Assembly: GCA_964419255.1 (NCBI GenBank)
Contig: CAYQOU010000006.1
Span: 1,167 to 65,166, forward strand
Direction: 5' to 3'
DNA: 64,000 nt
DNA from: an uncultured Fibrobacterota bacterium
GTDB lineage: Bacteria > Fibrobacterota > Chitinivibrionia > Chitinivibrionales > CAYFVL01
Under the pieces are notes generated by a model, which saw nothing but the letters and a program-made list of their open reading frames with translations, did not search any database and had not been told where the DNA came from. The position numbers were made by a program, and so were the translations under genes. Positions within the stretch are counted from its first letter, which is position 1. Every line of letters begins with the position of its first letter. Shown piece after piece: positions 8,001 through 17,264 of the stretch.

Positions 8001-11000
8001 TTACAACATAGTATACCCGCCATCGACGGGCAGGTATGTTCCTGTCATGAATTGAGAAAGATCACTTGCAAGAAAGAGTATGGCACCGGCGATATCACGC
8101 GGAAGTCCATTGCGCTGCAACGGGCAATTGGTAGCTGCAGTTTCTTTGATTTTGTTTGACATCGCCGCGGTCGCATCTGTTAAAGTTAATCCGGGAGCAA
8201 CAGTATTAATACGAACCCCATCCGGCCCCAGCTCAATAGCCAATGATCGTACGAATGCGTCAAGTGCCGATTTCGCAGCACTATGTGCGGCATACCCGGG
8301 ATGAGGATGTTTAGACATAGTGCTGGAGACGGCAATTATGCTGCCACTTTTCCGTTCGGCCATTTCAGGAATAACCTCTTGGGAAAGCAGAAAGAGCGAT
8401 TTAATTTCGTTTGTCAGTTTACGCTCGAATTCAATCCAGTTGCTCTCCTTAAACGGCTTGATTTCAAAACCGATTGCAGCGTTAGAGACGACTACGTCGA
8501 TTTTTCCATAATGACCGCGCACCTTTTCAATGAGGGACTTTACCTCCTTCGGGTCAGTCGTATCCCCTTGAAATATTTCGGCCTCTCCGCCATCCTCCTG
8601 AATGATCTCCTTTACCATCATTGCACGTTCTTCACTCTTCAGATAGTTAACAGCCACCGACGCACCCTGACTTGCAAGAAGGCGTACCGTGGCCCTGCCG
8701 ATACCACGGCTTCCACCGGTCACGAGCACAACTTTATTTTCGAGAAGTCCGGGTGCCCGCACCTGACTGATGTTGAACCCGCTTGTCCGGGTCTTTTCAA
8801 TGAATGTATCGCCATCGTCGTCTGGGGATTTATACGCATCATCCAGGCTTTCCGCAATTTCATTGAGATGAGGATATTTGAAAATATGCGAAAGACCAAT
8901 TTCTACTCCCAGGTGTTCCTTGATTCTTGCAATTAGACGAGTCGCTGACAGAGAATGGCCTCCCAGTTCAAAGAAATGAGCCCGCTTTCCGATACTGTCT
9001 TCTGCAATTTCTAGCACTTCCGACCACAACTCGGCAAGCGTCCGCTCCATTTTGGTTGTGGGAGCCTCATAGATATCACTCTGCTGAAGGATGCCGGAGG
9101 AAATTGTTAGTGCTTTACGATTAAGCTTCCCATTTGGTAATTTTGGCATCTCATCCAGGGTGATAAAAGCGGTGGGAACCATATAGGAAGGCAGTCTTTG
9201 ATCGAGGAATGCCCGTAATTGACTGATATCAATATTGTTATCCGGCTTTGGGATATAGAATGCAAGCAGCTGCCCCTTTTCTCCAACCACCGCCCGTAAG
9301 CCCATTCCCTCAAATTCACCCATCACCTTTTCCACATGGCGCACATCAACGCGAAATCCTCTAACCTTTACCTGGAAATCCCACCGCCCCATAAATTCCA
9401 GATTTCCGTCAGGAAGATAACGTACAACATCTCCAGTATTATAAATGATACCGCCATGTTCCTTACTGAATGGGTTTTGCTTGAACCGTTCCTTTGTGAT
9501 ATCGTCCAGATTATGATACCCCAGAGCCATGCCAGCTGACGCCACATGTGCTTCACCGGGTACTCCTTCCGGAACAGGTCGTCCCTGGCGATCAAGCACA
9601 TATATTTTTGTGTTCTGGATCGGTCTACCTACGGGCACAAAGCCCTGCGCGTCATCGAAATCGGTGGCATCGTAGTAGGCGATATCGTTAAGCTCGGTAC
9701 ATCCATAGTTGTTAAGCAATCGAGCCTGGGGAATGACAGATCGAAACAGTAATACGATTTCGGCGGTAAGTGGCTCCCCGGCAGTAAAACAGTAACGCAG
9801 GGAAGGAAGTGTAATGCCGGTCTTTTTCATATACGCAAGGACAGATTGCATATGTGAAGGGACCAGATTTACCCGGCTCGCATTACATTTACGAAGTGCG
9901 TCAACAAACAGGGACGGATCTTTAACCGTCTCAGTGTCAATAAAAATCAGCGGGCAGCCATTAAGCAATCCGGCAAAAATTTCTTTCACCGAAACGGCAA
10001 AAGCAATGGTAGTCTTCTGTACGATCATTTCATCGTCAGCAAAAGGCCACCTGGTTTCCATATTACTCAGCCAATTTATAAGCTGCCTGTGCGGTATTCT
10101 CGCGCCCTTTGGTATACCGGTCGAACCGGATGTGTACATCAGATATGCCAGATCATCCGGCCTTATTGATACAGTGGTCGGTGCAGGAATCTCATCATGA
10201 AAAAGCGGTAGCTTCTCCTCAACAACACAGCACGTATCCTTCGTCAGGCCAAATTGCTTTTTCTGCTTTTCTGTACATATGGTCAGTCTCGGATCGGCAT
10301 CCCGGGTAATCAGACGTAAATACTTTTCCGGATAGGATGGATCAAGGGGAACGTAGGCCGCCCCGGCTTTCCATATCGCGAGAATAGCCGCCAGTGCGGA
10401 GGCATTTCGTTCCATGCAAACAGCAACGATCTCACCCGGTTTCACGCCACGCTGAAGCAGTGTCGCCGCATATGCGTTTGCAGCCGCGGCTACATCCCTA
10501 AAGCGCCATTGTCCAAAAGAATCCAGGCAGGCAATGGCATCGGGCGTTTTAGCCACCTGTTCATCCCAACGGGTAACAAAATCAGGAAGATTTTCAATCG
10601 ACCGATTCGTCTGATTGAATTCTACAAACAAACGCCGGCGATCCGCTTCGGTAAACATTGTCAATTCAGACAGCTTTCTCTTGCCATTTTCCATCATCTC
10701 GCGCAGCAGTTGTTCATGATGTTTCAAGATATTTTTCAGAGTAGATGCATTATATAAATCCGAAGCATACATCACCTCGACTTGCAGGTCATTTCTGTTT
10801 CCGGTGTATGACAACTCGATTTCACATCGTGCGATAGCATTCTTACCCGTTGCCGTTCGGTATCCTTCATAGCCGGGGTATGAGCCAAACTTGACACCTC
10901 CGGGAAGAGAATGCTCAAGATGGGTTCGGGGAAAGTTCTGGTGACGGATAACCAGTGGTACAAGCGAACTCGTTGCATCACCGCGCTCAACCGCCGAAGA

Positions 11001-12017
11001 ATAGACGATGCGCTCGAAAGGTACGGTCTGATGATCAAAACCGCCAAGAGCAACCGAGCGCACTGCACCCATAAAATCATCGACAGTCACATCTTCGTCA
11101 ACAAAAATTCGCAATGGAAGTATGTTGACAAAAAAACCGATCATTCTTTCAACCTCCGGAAGAATCCTGCCGGAGGTTGTCGTTCCGATGCAAAGATCTT
11201 CCTTACCGGTATAACGTTTGACAGTCAATGCAAATCCGGCAAGAAGACACATAAACATCGTACACCCATGGGATTGGGCAAACCTTTCCAGTGATTCTGA
11301 AAACTCCTTGGGATAAGAATACTCCAACCTCTCACTGATACTGCCGCTGTTTGGGGTCCGCAGAAAATCGGTAGGTAATTCCAGTGATGCTTCATATCCC
11401 TCAAGGTGTTTGTGCCAATAGGCCAAATCTTTTGAATGATCAAGTTGTCTCTGCCAGTGAACAAAATCTGTATATTGAACGGGTAGTGACTCCAGCTGAT
11501 GATGCCGCCCGGCCGAAAAAGCTTCATAGAGATGCAGTAACTCAGAGAAAAGGATATTCTCTACAGACCATCCATCTGCGGCGATATGATGCACATTTAG
11601 AAGCAACAGGTGACGTTTCGGATTGATTCTGAGAAGCACACCCCTGATGATTGGCCCTTTCTCAAGATCAAATACATGGCGTGCGTTTTCTTCGATGTAA
11701 CCTTGAATGTCGCTTTCATCAATGTCGATAAGAGGTAGTGAAAAGTCGCTCCTTTCTGTGATTATCTGCACCATTTCCCCATGAGCATTTGTCGTAAAAC
11801 ATGCCCTCAACGTTTCATGCCGATTCAGTATTTCTGTAAGACTCCTGTTTAAAGCAGAAACATCCAGGCTTCCTTCAAGAACAAACACCACGGGAATATC
11901 ATAGCTGAGGTCCTGGGGATTTTTACGTTTAAGCAACCACATCCTCTCCTGAAACCATGAGAGTGGATGTTCTTTGGCCTCCCGTTTAACCGGTACTATA
12001 GTCGTTCTTTGAGTCAT
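8001..12017 (-). CDS. Single-module non-ribosomal peptide synthetase: condensation - adenylation - carrier protein - C-terminal SDR (FabL/FabI-like) domain
   Basis: C domain: SWFQERMWLL, RHETLRACF, HHIAADGWS. A domain: WKAGAAYVPLD, LAYLMYTSGSTGIPKG, A4 = IAFAVSVKEIF, NNYGCTE, YNTGDVVRY, GRWDFQVKVRGFRV, NGKLNRKAL. T domain: FFELGGHSLS. SDR: VVLVTGGSRGIG, SNAAIG, GYAAHSAAKSAL. The track ORF starts at TTG 12041; ATG 12017 with a GGAGG 9 nt upstream is more likely. Confidence 0.92.
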   Translation of the reverse strand: MTQRTTIVPVKREAKEHPLSWFQERMWLLKRKNPQDLSYDIPVVFVLEGSLDVSALNRSLTEILNRHETLRACFTTNAHGEMVQIITERSDFSLPLIDIDESDIQGYIEENARHVFDLEKGPIIRGVLLRINPKRHLLLLNVHHIAADGWSVENILFSELLHLYEAFSAGRHHQLESLPVQYTDFVHWQRQLDHSKDLAYWHKHLEGYEASLELPTDFLRTPNSGSISERLEYSYPKEFSESLERFAQSHGCTMFMCLLAGFALTVKRYTGKEDLCIGTTTSGRILPEVERMIGFFVNILPLRIFVDEDVTVDDFMGAVRSVALGGFDHQTVPFERIVYSSAVERGDATSSLVPLVIRHQNFPRTHLEHSLPGGVKFGSYPGYEGYRTATGKNAIARCEIELSYTGNRNDLQVEVMYASDLYNASTLKNILKHHEQLLREMMENGKRKLSELTMFTEADRRRLFVEFNQTNRSIENLPDFVTRWDEQVAKTPDAIACLDSFGQWRFRDVAAAANAYAATLLQRGVKPGEIVAVCMERNASALAAILAIWKAGAAYVPLDPSYPEKYLRLITRDADPRLTICTEKQKKQFGLTKDTCCVVEEKLPLFHDEIPAPTTVSIRPDDLAYLMYTSGSTGIPKGARIPHRQLINWLSNMETRWPFADDEMIVQKTTIAFAVSVKEIFAGLLNGCPLIFIDTETVKDPSLFVDALRKCNASRVNLVPSHMQSVLAYMKKTGITLPSLRYCFTAGEPLTAEIVLLFRSVIPQARLLNNYGCTELNDIAYYDATDFDDAQGFVPVGRPIQNTKIYVLDRQGRPVPEGVPGEAHVASAGMALGYHNLDDITKERFKQNPFSKEHGGIIYNTGDVVRYLPDGNLEFMGRWDFQVKVRGFRVDVRHVEKVMGEFEGMGLRAVVGEKGQLLAFYIPKPDNNIDISQLRAFLDQRLPSYMVPTAFITLDEMPKLPNGKLNRKALTISSGILQQSDIYEAPTTKMERTLAELWSEVLEIAEDSIGKRAHFFELGGHSLSATRLIARIKEHLGVEIGLSHIFKYPHLNEIAESLDDAYKSPDDDGDTFIEKTRTSGFNISQVRAPGLLENKVVLVTGGSRGIGRATVRLLASQGASVAVNYLKSEERAMMVKEIIQEDGGEAEIFQGDTTDPKEVKSLIEKVRGHYGKIDVVVSNAAIGFEIKPFKESNWIEFERKLTNEIKSLFLLSQEVIPEMAERKSGSIIAVSSTMSKHPHPGYAAHSAAKSALDAFVRSLAIELGPDGVRINTVAPGLTLTDATAAMSNKIKETAATNCPLQRNGLPRDIAGAILFLASDLSQFMTGTYLPVDGGYTML

Positions 12018-12068
12018 TGTACATTTGCCTCCGAAAAGCAAATCGTGTTGCTTTCTCCATTAAATATC

Positions 12069-12094
12069 TGAATTAAATATCTGATGCTGATTAA
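12069..12094. repeat. Perfect tandem duplication of a 13-nt unit (ATTAAATATCTGA x2) just upstream of the NRPS start
   Basis: Read directly: 12069-12081 and 12082-12094 are identical and abutting. They lie ~50 nt upstream of ATG 12017, inside a ~575-nt AT-rich untranslated region. Confidence 0.9.
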
Positions 12095-12593
12095 CGAAAT
12101 TATATAATAAGTGCTTAATTTCAGTGATGTTATCCTAAACAAATCATTCTTTATTATGAGCACGATACATGATCTTCGTCGATATATCATTCTACCAGTA
12201 TCGCACAAGTTACCAAAATCAAGGTGCTGTATTCAATCACTCTTAAGAATCTGTAACCTTTTTGTTCCAAAGGTAGTCCAGAGCTGTGATGATAAATCGT
12301 TCAATTATACATGCGGATACTGCAGTTATTTATACTCACTCACAATTGGCCACGATCCGTTTCGGCTATGTAAAATACCTATTTAACTCCATGAAAAAGC
12401 AATATATATCCTGCCTGTTTGTGAGGGACATTGGATGAGAATGAGATATTACGAAATTCACTCGCAAAAGAGCATACATCTCCTCTGATAAGCTTATCTA
12501 TCAGTTAGACTTATCATTCTATGTCTTCTCGATTAGCAAAAAGTAAATACTGCGCACAATTAGGCGGTGTTTGGATACCCGGGATCTTCCCGA

Positions 12594-14195
12594 TCAATGA
12601 TTCCTCTCCCCCTCTCCCATTATTTTCACCAGTACTTCTTTTATCTGATCGAAGCCAAAGGGCTTTTGCAGAAAGCCTTTGGCGCCATTCTCGATTGCAT
12701 GTTGTACGTTTTCAGTCAGCGTGTAGCCCGAAACCATGATAGCATTGATTTGCGGGTCGATTTCCTTGAGTTTAAAAAAAGTTCTCCCACCATCCATACC
12801 CGGCATAACCATGTCAATAAATACCGCCCGTATATCTCTGTGTTTATCTCGAAACACAGATACTGCCTCTTCTCCACTGTCCGCAACCATGACGCTATAA
12901 CCCAGAGAGCTGATCATATCCTTTATGGTCTGCGATACATCCCTGTCATCGTCTACTATCAGAATTTGCTCTTCTCGAACACTATTCAGAAATACATTCT
13001 TCTTTTTATCACCAGCTGAAACCTTATTGGTGATCGGCAGATACAGGTTGAAGGTAGTCCCTTTTCCTAATGTACTATCCACGGTAATCGCCCCACCATG
13101 ACTCTTGGCAATTCCATATACGGCGGCCAACCCCATACCGGTGCCCTTATTTTCCTTTTTTGTGGTGAAAAACGGTTCAAAAATATGGTCCAACACATCT
13201 TTCTCGATTCCGGTTCCGGTATCCTTTACCGAAACTACTACATAATTGCCAGTCTGAAAGGTAAAGCTCAGATCCCTGCCGAAATTCTGATCAAGGTGTT
13301 GGTTGAATGTTTCGATGGTTAGAATGCCACCATCGGGCATTGCATCTCGGGCGTTAAGTGCAAGATTCAGAATTGCATTCTGCAGATGTGAAGCACCGCC
13401 CCAGACATAGGGAGAAGCCGCTTCAGTCAACGATTGAATAGTAATATTCTTTTGCATGCTTCTGTTAAGCAGGTTTATCGTTTCGACGACTATACTGTTG
13501 ATATCAACCACCTGCTGATCATACATCCCCTGCCTGGAGAAAGCCAGAAGCTGTTTCGTTAAATCGGCGGATCTTTTACCCGAGTTATAAATCTGATTGA
13601 GTACCCTCTTAGCCTCCGAGCTCATTTCATGTCTGTTCAGAAGAAACTCACAATATCCCTGAATGATTGTCAGATGGTTATTGAAATCGTGAGCAACACC
13701 ACCGGCAAGCTGCCCGACCGCTTCCATTTTTTCTATCTGATGCAGCCGGGCATTGGCTTTCTCAAGCTCCTGGGTCCTTTTTGAAACCATATCCTCAAGG
13801 TTATTCTTATATTCCTCCAATCTCCTCTCAGCCTTTAGTCGCTCGGTGTTCTCTTTTTGAAGTTTACGAATAAGGGAACTTATGGTACCGATCACTATTG
13901 CAAACAGTATATGCATAATATTGCCCAACACCGATTCCATACTGAGAATATCATACGTCTGTATGTTTATCGTCTCTATAATCGTTGCGGTCAGAAATCT
14001 ACTGATGGCATGCATGATAAGTCCGGGAATGATTCCCCACCACCAGGCGATAAAGAAAATCGGTATCAACCCCAGATTAGCCGCCATCGTGCTTTCTGCG
14101 GCAGCAAAAGACACCCAGAACGCCAGGGAATACAGAACCGACAGAATGACTATGGTTAATGTACAACTCCTGAGAGGTGGTTTAATGATACTCAT
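12594..14195 (-). CDS. Hybrid sensor histidine kinase / response regulator (membrane N-terminus, HisKA, HATPase, C-terminal REC)
   Basis: 533 aa. Four predicted TM helices with the WWWGIIPG motif, then a coiled coil. H-box VAHDFNNHLTII, N/G boxes LNLALNARDAMP, DTGTGI, GTGMGLA. REC: ILIVDDDRDV...VFIDMVMPGMDG. Confidence 0.9.
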   Translation of the reverse strand: MSIIKPPLRSCTLTIVILSVLYSLAFWVSFAAAESTMAANLGLIPIFFIAWWWGIIPGLIMHAISRFLTATIIETINIQTYDILSMESVLGNIMHILFAIVIGTISSLIRKLQKENTERLKAERRLEEYKNNLEDMVSKRTQELEKANARLHQIEKMEAVGQLAGGVAHDFNNHLTIIQGYCEFLLNRHEMSSEAKRVLNQIYNSGKRSADLTKQLLAFSRQGMYDQQVVDINSIVVETINLLNRSMQKNITIQSLTEAASPYVWGGASHLQNAILNLALNARDAMPDGGILTIETFNQHLDQNFGRDLSFTFQTGNYVVVSVKDTGTGIEKDVLDHIFEPFFTTKKENKGTGMGLAAVYGIAKSHGGAITVDSTLGKGTTFNLYLPITNKVSAGDKKKNVFLNSVREEQILIVDDDRDVSQTIKDMISSLGYSVMVADSGEEAVSVFRDKHRDIRAVFIDMVMPGMDGGRTFFKLKEIDPQINAIMVSGYTLTENVQHAIENGAKGFLQKPFGFDQIKEVLVKIMGEGERNH

Positions 14196-14303
14196 AGGAT
14201 GTCACTTCTCCCGATAGTAAAAGACAATATTTGGTAAAAAAAAGATAAGACATTACTGGCACCAGGGATGAAATCAAAAATAAATCACTACCTAACCCCA
14301 AAA

Positions 14304-15887
14304 TCATGAAGAAATAGACACCAGCGTCTTTTTCAACTGCTCATAACTGAAAGGCTTTTGCAAAAATACTGCGGCCCCATTATCCAGTGCATGTTGAACA
14401 TTTTTAGTCACCGAAAACCCGGATATTATCACCGCCCTTATATCCGGGTTTATTTCCTTAAGCTTTGTGAATGTCTGCCCTCCATCCATACCGGGCATGA
14501 GCATATCTATGAAAACATATGTTATGTCTTTGTGTTTGCCGCGATACAATGAAACCGCTTCCTCACCGCTGCCCGCAACCAGGACCCGATAGCCAAGCCC
14601 CTTAAGCATTTGCCTGATTGTCTGAGAGACCTGCTGGTCATCATCCACAATTAGCACCTGCTCATCATAAGTTGTGCCCAATGTCAGGTTTTCCTTTTCA
14701 TATTTTTCAGCCCGTTTTTGCGTTACGGGAAGATACAGGAGAAAAGAGGTTCCCTCACCGATTTTTGAGTCAACGGTGATGGCTCCCCCGTGACTCTTTG
14801 CAATCCCGTATACCGCTGCCAATCCCATCCCCGTGCCCTGCTGCTCTTTTTTAGTCGTGAAAAACGGCTCGAAAATATGGTCAATCACCCCTTCTTCGAT
14901 TCCCGTTCCGCTATCCACAACAGAAACAACAACATAGTCGCCAGGCTGAAATGAAAACCCATGAACCTGACCAAGCGATTCGTCGAGGGATTTATTCTCT
15001 GTCTTTATGGTCAACACTCCCCCGTTCGGCATAGCATCGCGCGCATTGAGAGCCAGATTCAGTACTGCGTTCTGAAGTTGTGCGGAACCTCCCCATACCC
15101 AGGGATACGTCGCCTCAGATAACGGTATGAGCGTAATGTTCTTATGTATACTTCGCGAAAGAAGATTTGCCGTTTCATTGACGACTTCATTCATATCGAC
15201 AACCTGCATTTCGTACATTCCCCGACGGGAAAATGCCAGCAGCTGTCTGGTAAGATCGGCCGATCTTCTCCCCGAGTGATTGATCTGCTTAAGCACCCTT
15301 CTCAATTCCGGATCCAGTTCTGTTCGCCCAAGAAGAAACTCGCAATAGCCCTGAATAATAGTCAGATTGTTGTTGAAATCATGAGCGATACCACCCGCCA
15401 GCTGTCCAATAGCTTCCATCTTTTCAATCTGATGTAGCCTCCTGTTTGCACTATCAAGCTCCCGGGTTCTGAGTGCGACGAGTTCCTCGAGATTGGCCTT
15501 GTACTCCTTAAGCATATCCTCGGCCTTTCTCCTTTCCTCCACTTCCCGCTGAAGTCTGCGAATGAGAGCGCTAAACGAGCCAACCACCACCGCAGACATG
15601 ATATACATGCCCGTCCCCAGAACGCTTTGTAAGCTTAGGATTCCATGAGTTTCAACATCTGCGAAGGAAATCATTATCGATGTCCATACAGTATTCACGC
15701 ATTGCATTATGATTCCCGGAATGATCCCCCACCACCAGGAAACGAAGAATACCGGGATGAGGCTGAAGGCTGTCACGATAGTATCTTCAACCAAATTAAA
15801 ACAGGTGTAGAATATGGCCGCATAAAGAAAGGAAAAAATGAGGATAGAAAATGCAGGGCTTTTAAATGGAGGCTGAATTCTTATCAT
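14304..15887 (-). CDS. Hybrid sensor histidine kinase / response regulator, tandem paralogue of 12594..14195
   Basis: Same architecture, and by eye ~75% identical across the kinase core (IAHDFNNNLTIIQGYCEFLL, GTGMGLAAVYGIAKSHGGAITVDS). The track ORF begins at 16013. By parallel with the paralogue (MSIIKPPLRS vs MIRIQPPFKS), ATG 15887 is the likelier start. Confidence 0.88.
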   Translation of the reverse strand: MIRIQPPFKSPAFSILIFSFLYAAIFYTCFNLVEDTIVTAFSLIPVFFVSWWWGIIPGIIMQCVNTVWTSIMISFADVETHGILSLQSVLGTGMYIMSAVVVGSFSALIRRLQREVEERRKAEDMLKEYKANLEELVALRTRELDSANRRLHQIEKMEAIGQLAGGIAHDFNNNLTIIQGYCEFLLGRTELDPELRRVLKQINHSGRRSADLTRQLLAFSRRGMYEMQVVDMNEVVNETANLLSRSIHKNITLIPLSEATYPWVWGGSAQLQNAVLNLALNARDAMPNGGVLTIKTENKSLDESLGQVHGFSFQPGDYVVVSVVDSGTGIEEGVIDHIFEPFFTTKKEQQGTGMGLAAVYGIAKSHGGAITVDSKIGEGTSFLLYLPVTQKRAEKYEKENLTLGTTYDEQVLIVDDDQQVSQTIRQMLKGLGYRVLVAGSGEEAVSLYRGKHKDITYVFIDMLMPGMDGGQTFTKLKEINPDIRAVIISGFSVTKNVQHALDNGAAVFLQKPFSYEQLKKTLVSISS

Positions 15888-16373
15888 CGCGAAATTTTTC
15901 GTCTTGGATATGCTGGTTCCCAAATGATGGTCAATAATATACTTATTGAGAGAATAGAATGCACAGATGCCCCCCCAAAAAAGACTCAAAAGCTTGAAAC
16001 AATAAACATACACTCAACTGCGCGATTTTCTATCGGCGATTCGCTCAACTCCTGAAAACTTGAGAGCTTCAGCGATCTTGAAATTTCTTGGACGGCTATT
16101 CCGCACGACTGCCCCATTGCCTCAAATGCTTCTGTACTCCCGGGATTGCGCGATTCAGCCCCCCAACGCAATGTTTATGGCAGGGTAAAGTTATATTTTT
16201 TTGGCAGCAGAATGTGAGGCTATGAAGGCCAAACAGGCACCACATGGAGCAGTTTTGGAAACAAAACAGCCGTAACATTATAAGCAGAGTTTGCTGAATT
16301 GCCGCGGGTGAAAAGAAACCGCATCCTGTTACTCCGCGAGAATCATTGTTCCATGGCCTGTTGTAGAAAATGC

Positions 16374-17264
16374 TTACCCAATGTAAAAGATCACTATTGC
16401 CGCGGTCATGAGAACAGCCGCAAAAATCCTCCTAATGAAGATGTTTTTGTCTGTTTTCTGCTCGAGCGATACATGACCCATATGCGCTACGGCGGCTCCG
16501 ATAATGATCGACAGAATGCCGCGGGTAGACTGGACGATGTTTCCATAAACCACTCCGATTGTGGCGAAGCATGAGAACAGAAAAAACATCCCGCAAAACC
16601 AGCTGATTGCGTAGGGAGTTGCTCCTTTCCAGTGCTCCGGCCGGTGTTTTCGGCCAATGAGGGCGAACGGAACGGCCACGATACCGCAGAGAAGGTATAG
16701 AGCAGCCACCGAGAAGGCGGATGCGTGAGCAATAGAAAGATAGGACAGGCTGTCGATCAGCTGCTTGATATTTATATCTGAAAGCGAGTAACAGATAACC
16801 GACACGGCAACACCGGCAATTGATTTGAGAGGCAGTTTACCGCCGATTCGGTTCAGGAGTGCAGCAGCAGCTGAACTGAGGATAACCGCGCTCCACTGCA
16901 CCGGAGAGAGCTGTTTGCCAAGAAGCGGAATACTCAATGCTGCCAGAAAGAATACTTTCATGCCCAGAAGTGGTGCTATACGGGATGCCTCAACGGTGCT
17001 GAGAGTCAGAAAAAGCGAGGTTTGGGCGATCAAGTAAAATATTGCTGCTCCGGCCACCAGCCGGAAAACGGTTGCGGGGTTTGCGATTTGATCCGGCCAC
17101 AGCAAAACGAGTGCGGTGGCCGAAAGAAAACCCATGATCAGGTGAGCCAGAACCATAAGATGGTAGCTCCCCTCCTTGTGTTGTGTCACAAAGGCACGGG
17201 AAAAGACATAAGAAACAGACTGGCCCAGTGCAGCCCCCAGTCCCAGAAAGATGCCAACAATCAT
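16374..17264 (-). CDS. EamA/DMT-superfamily transporter
   Basis: 296 aa, ~10 hydrophobic helices arranged as two EamA-like halves; no soluble domain. Confidence 0.7.
   Translation of the reverse strand: MIVGIFLGLGAALGQSVSYVFSRAFVTQHKEGSYHLMVLAHLIMGFLSATALVLLWPDQIANPATVFRLVAGAAIFYLIAQTSLFLTLSTVEASRIAPLLGMKVFFLAALSIPLLGKQLSPVQWSAVILSSAAAALLNRIGGKLPLKSIAGVAVSVICYSLSDINIKQLIDSLSYLSIAHASAFSVAALYLLCGIVAVPFALIGRKHRPEHWKGATPYAISWFCGMFFLFSCFATIGVVYGNIVQSTRGILSIIIGAAVAHMGHVSLEQKTDKNIFIRRIFAAVLMTAAIVIFYIG

Noticed and set aside
5125-12041. The impression that the NRPS-pab region has lower GC than its flanks, which would suggest horizontal acquisition.
   Set aside because: Spot counts of 60-nt stretches ranged from ~38% to ~52%, so I cannot support a compositional difference without a proper sliding-window calculation.
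12111-12386. Small ORFs in large intergenic gaps: 12111..12386, 26642..26905, 33510..33797, 39840..40175, 15986..16171.
   Set aside because: They sit in AT-rich or promoter regions, have no RBS or motif support, and show odd composition (Cys/Phe/Ile-rich or Arg/Ser-rich). They are probably non-coding.
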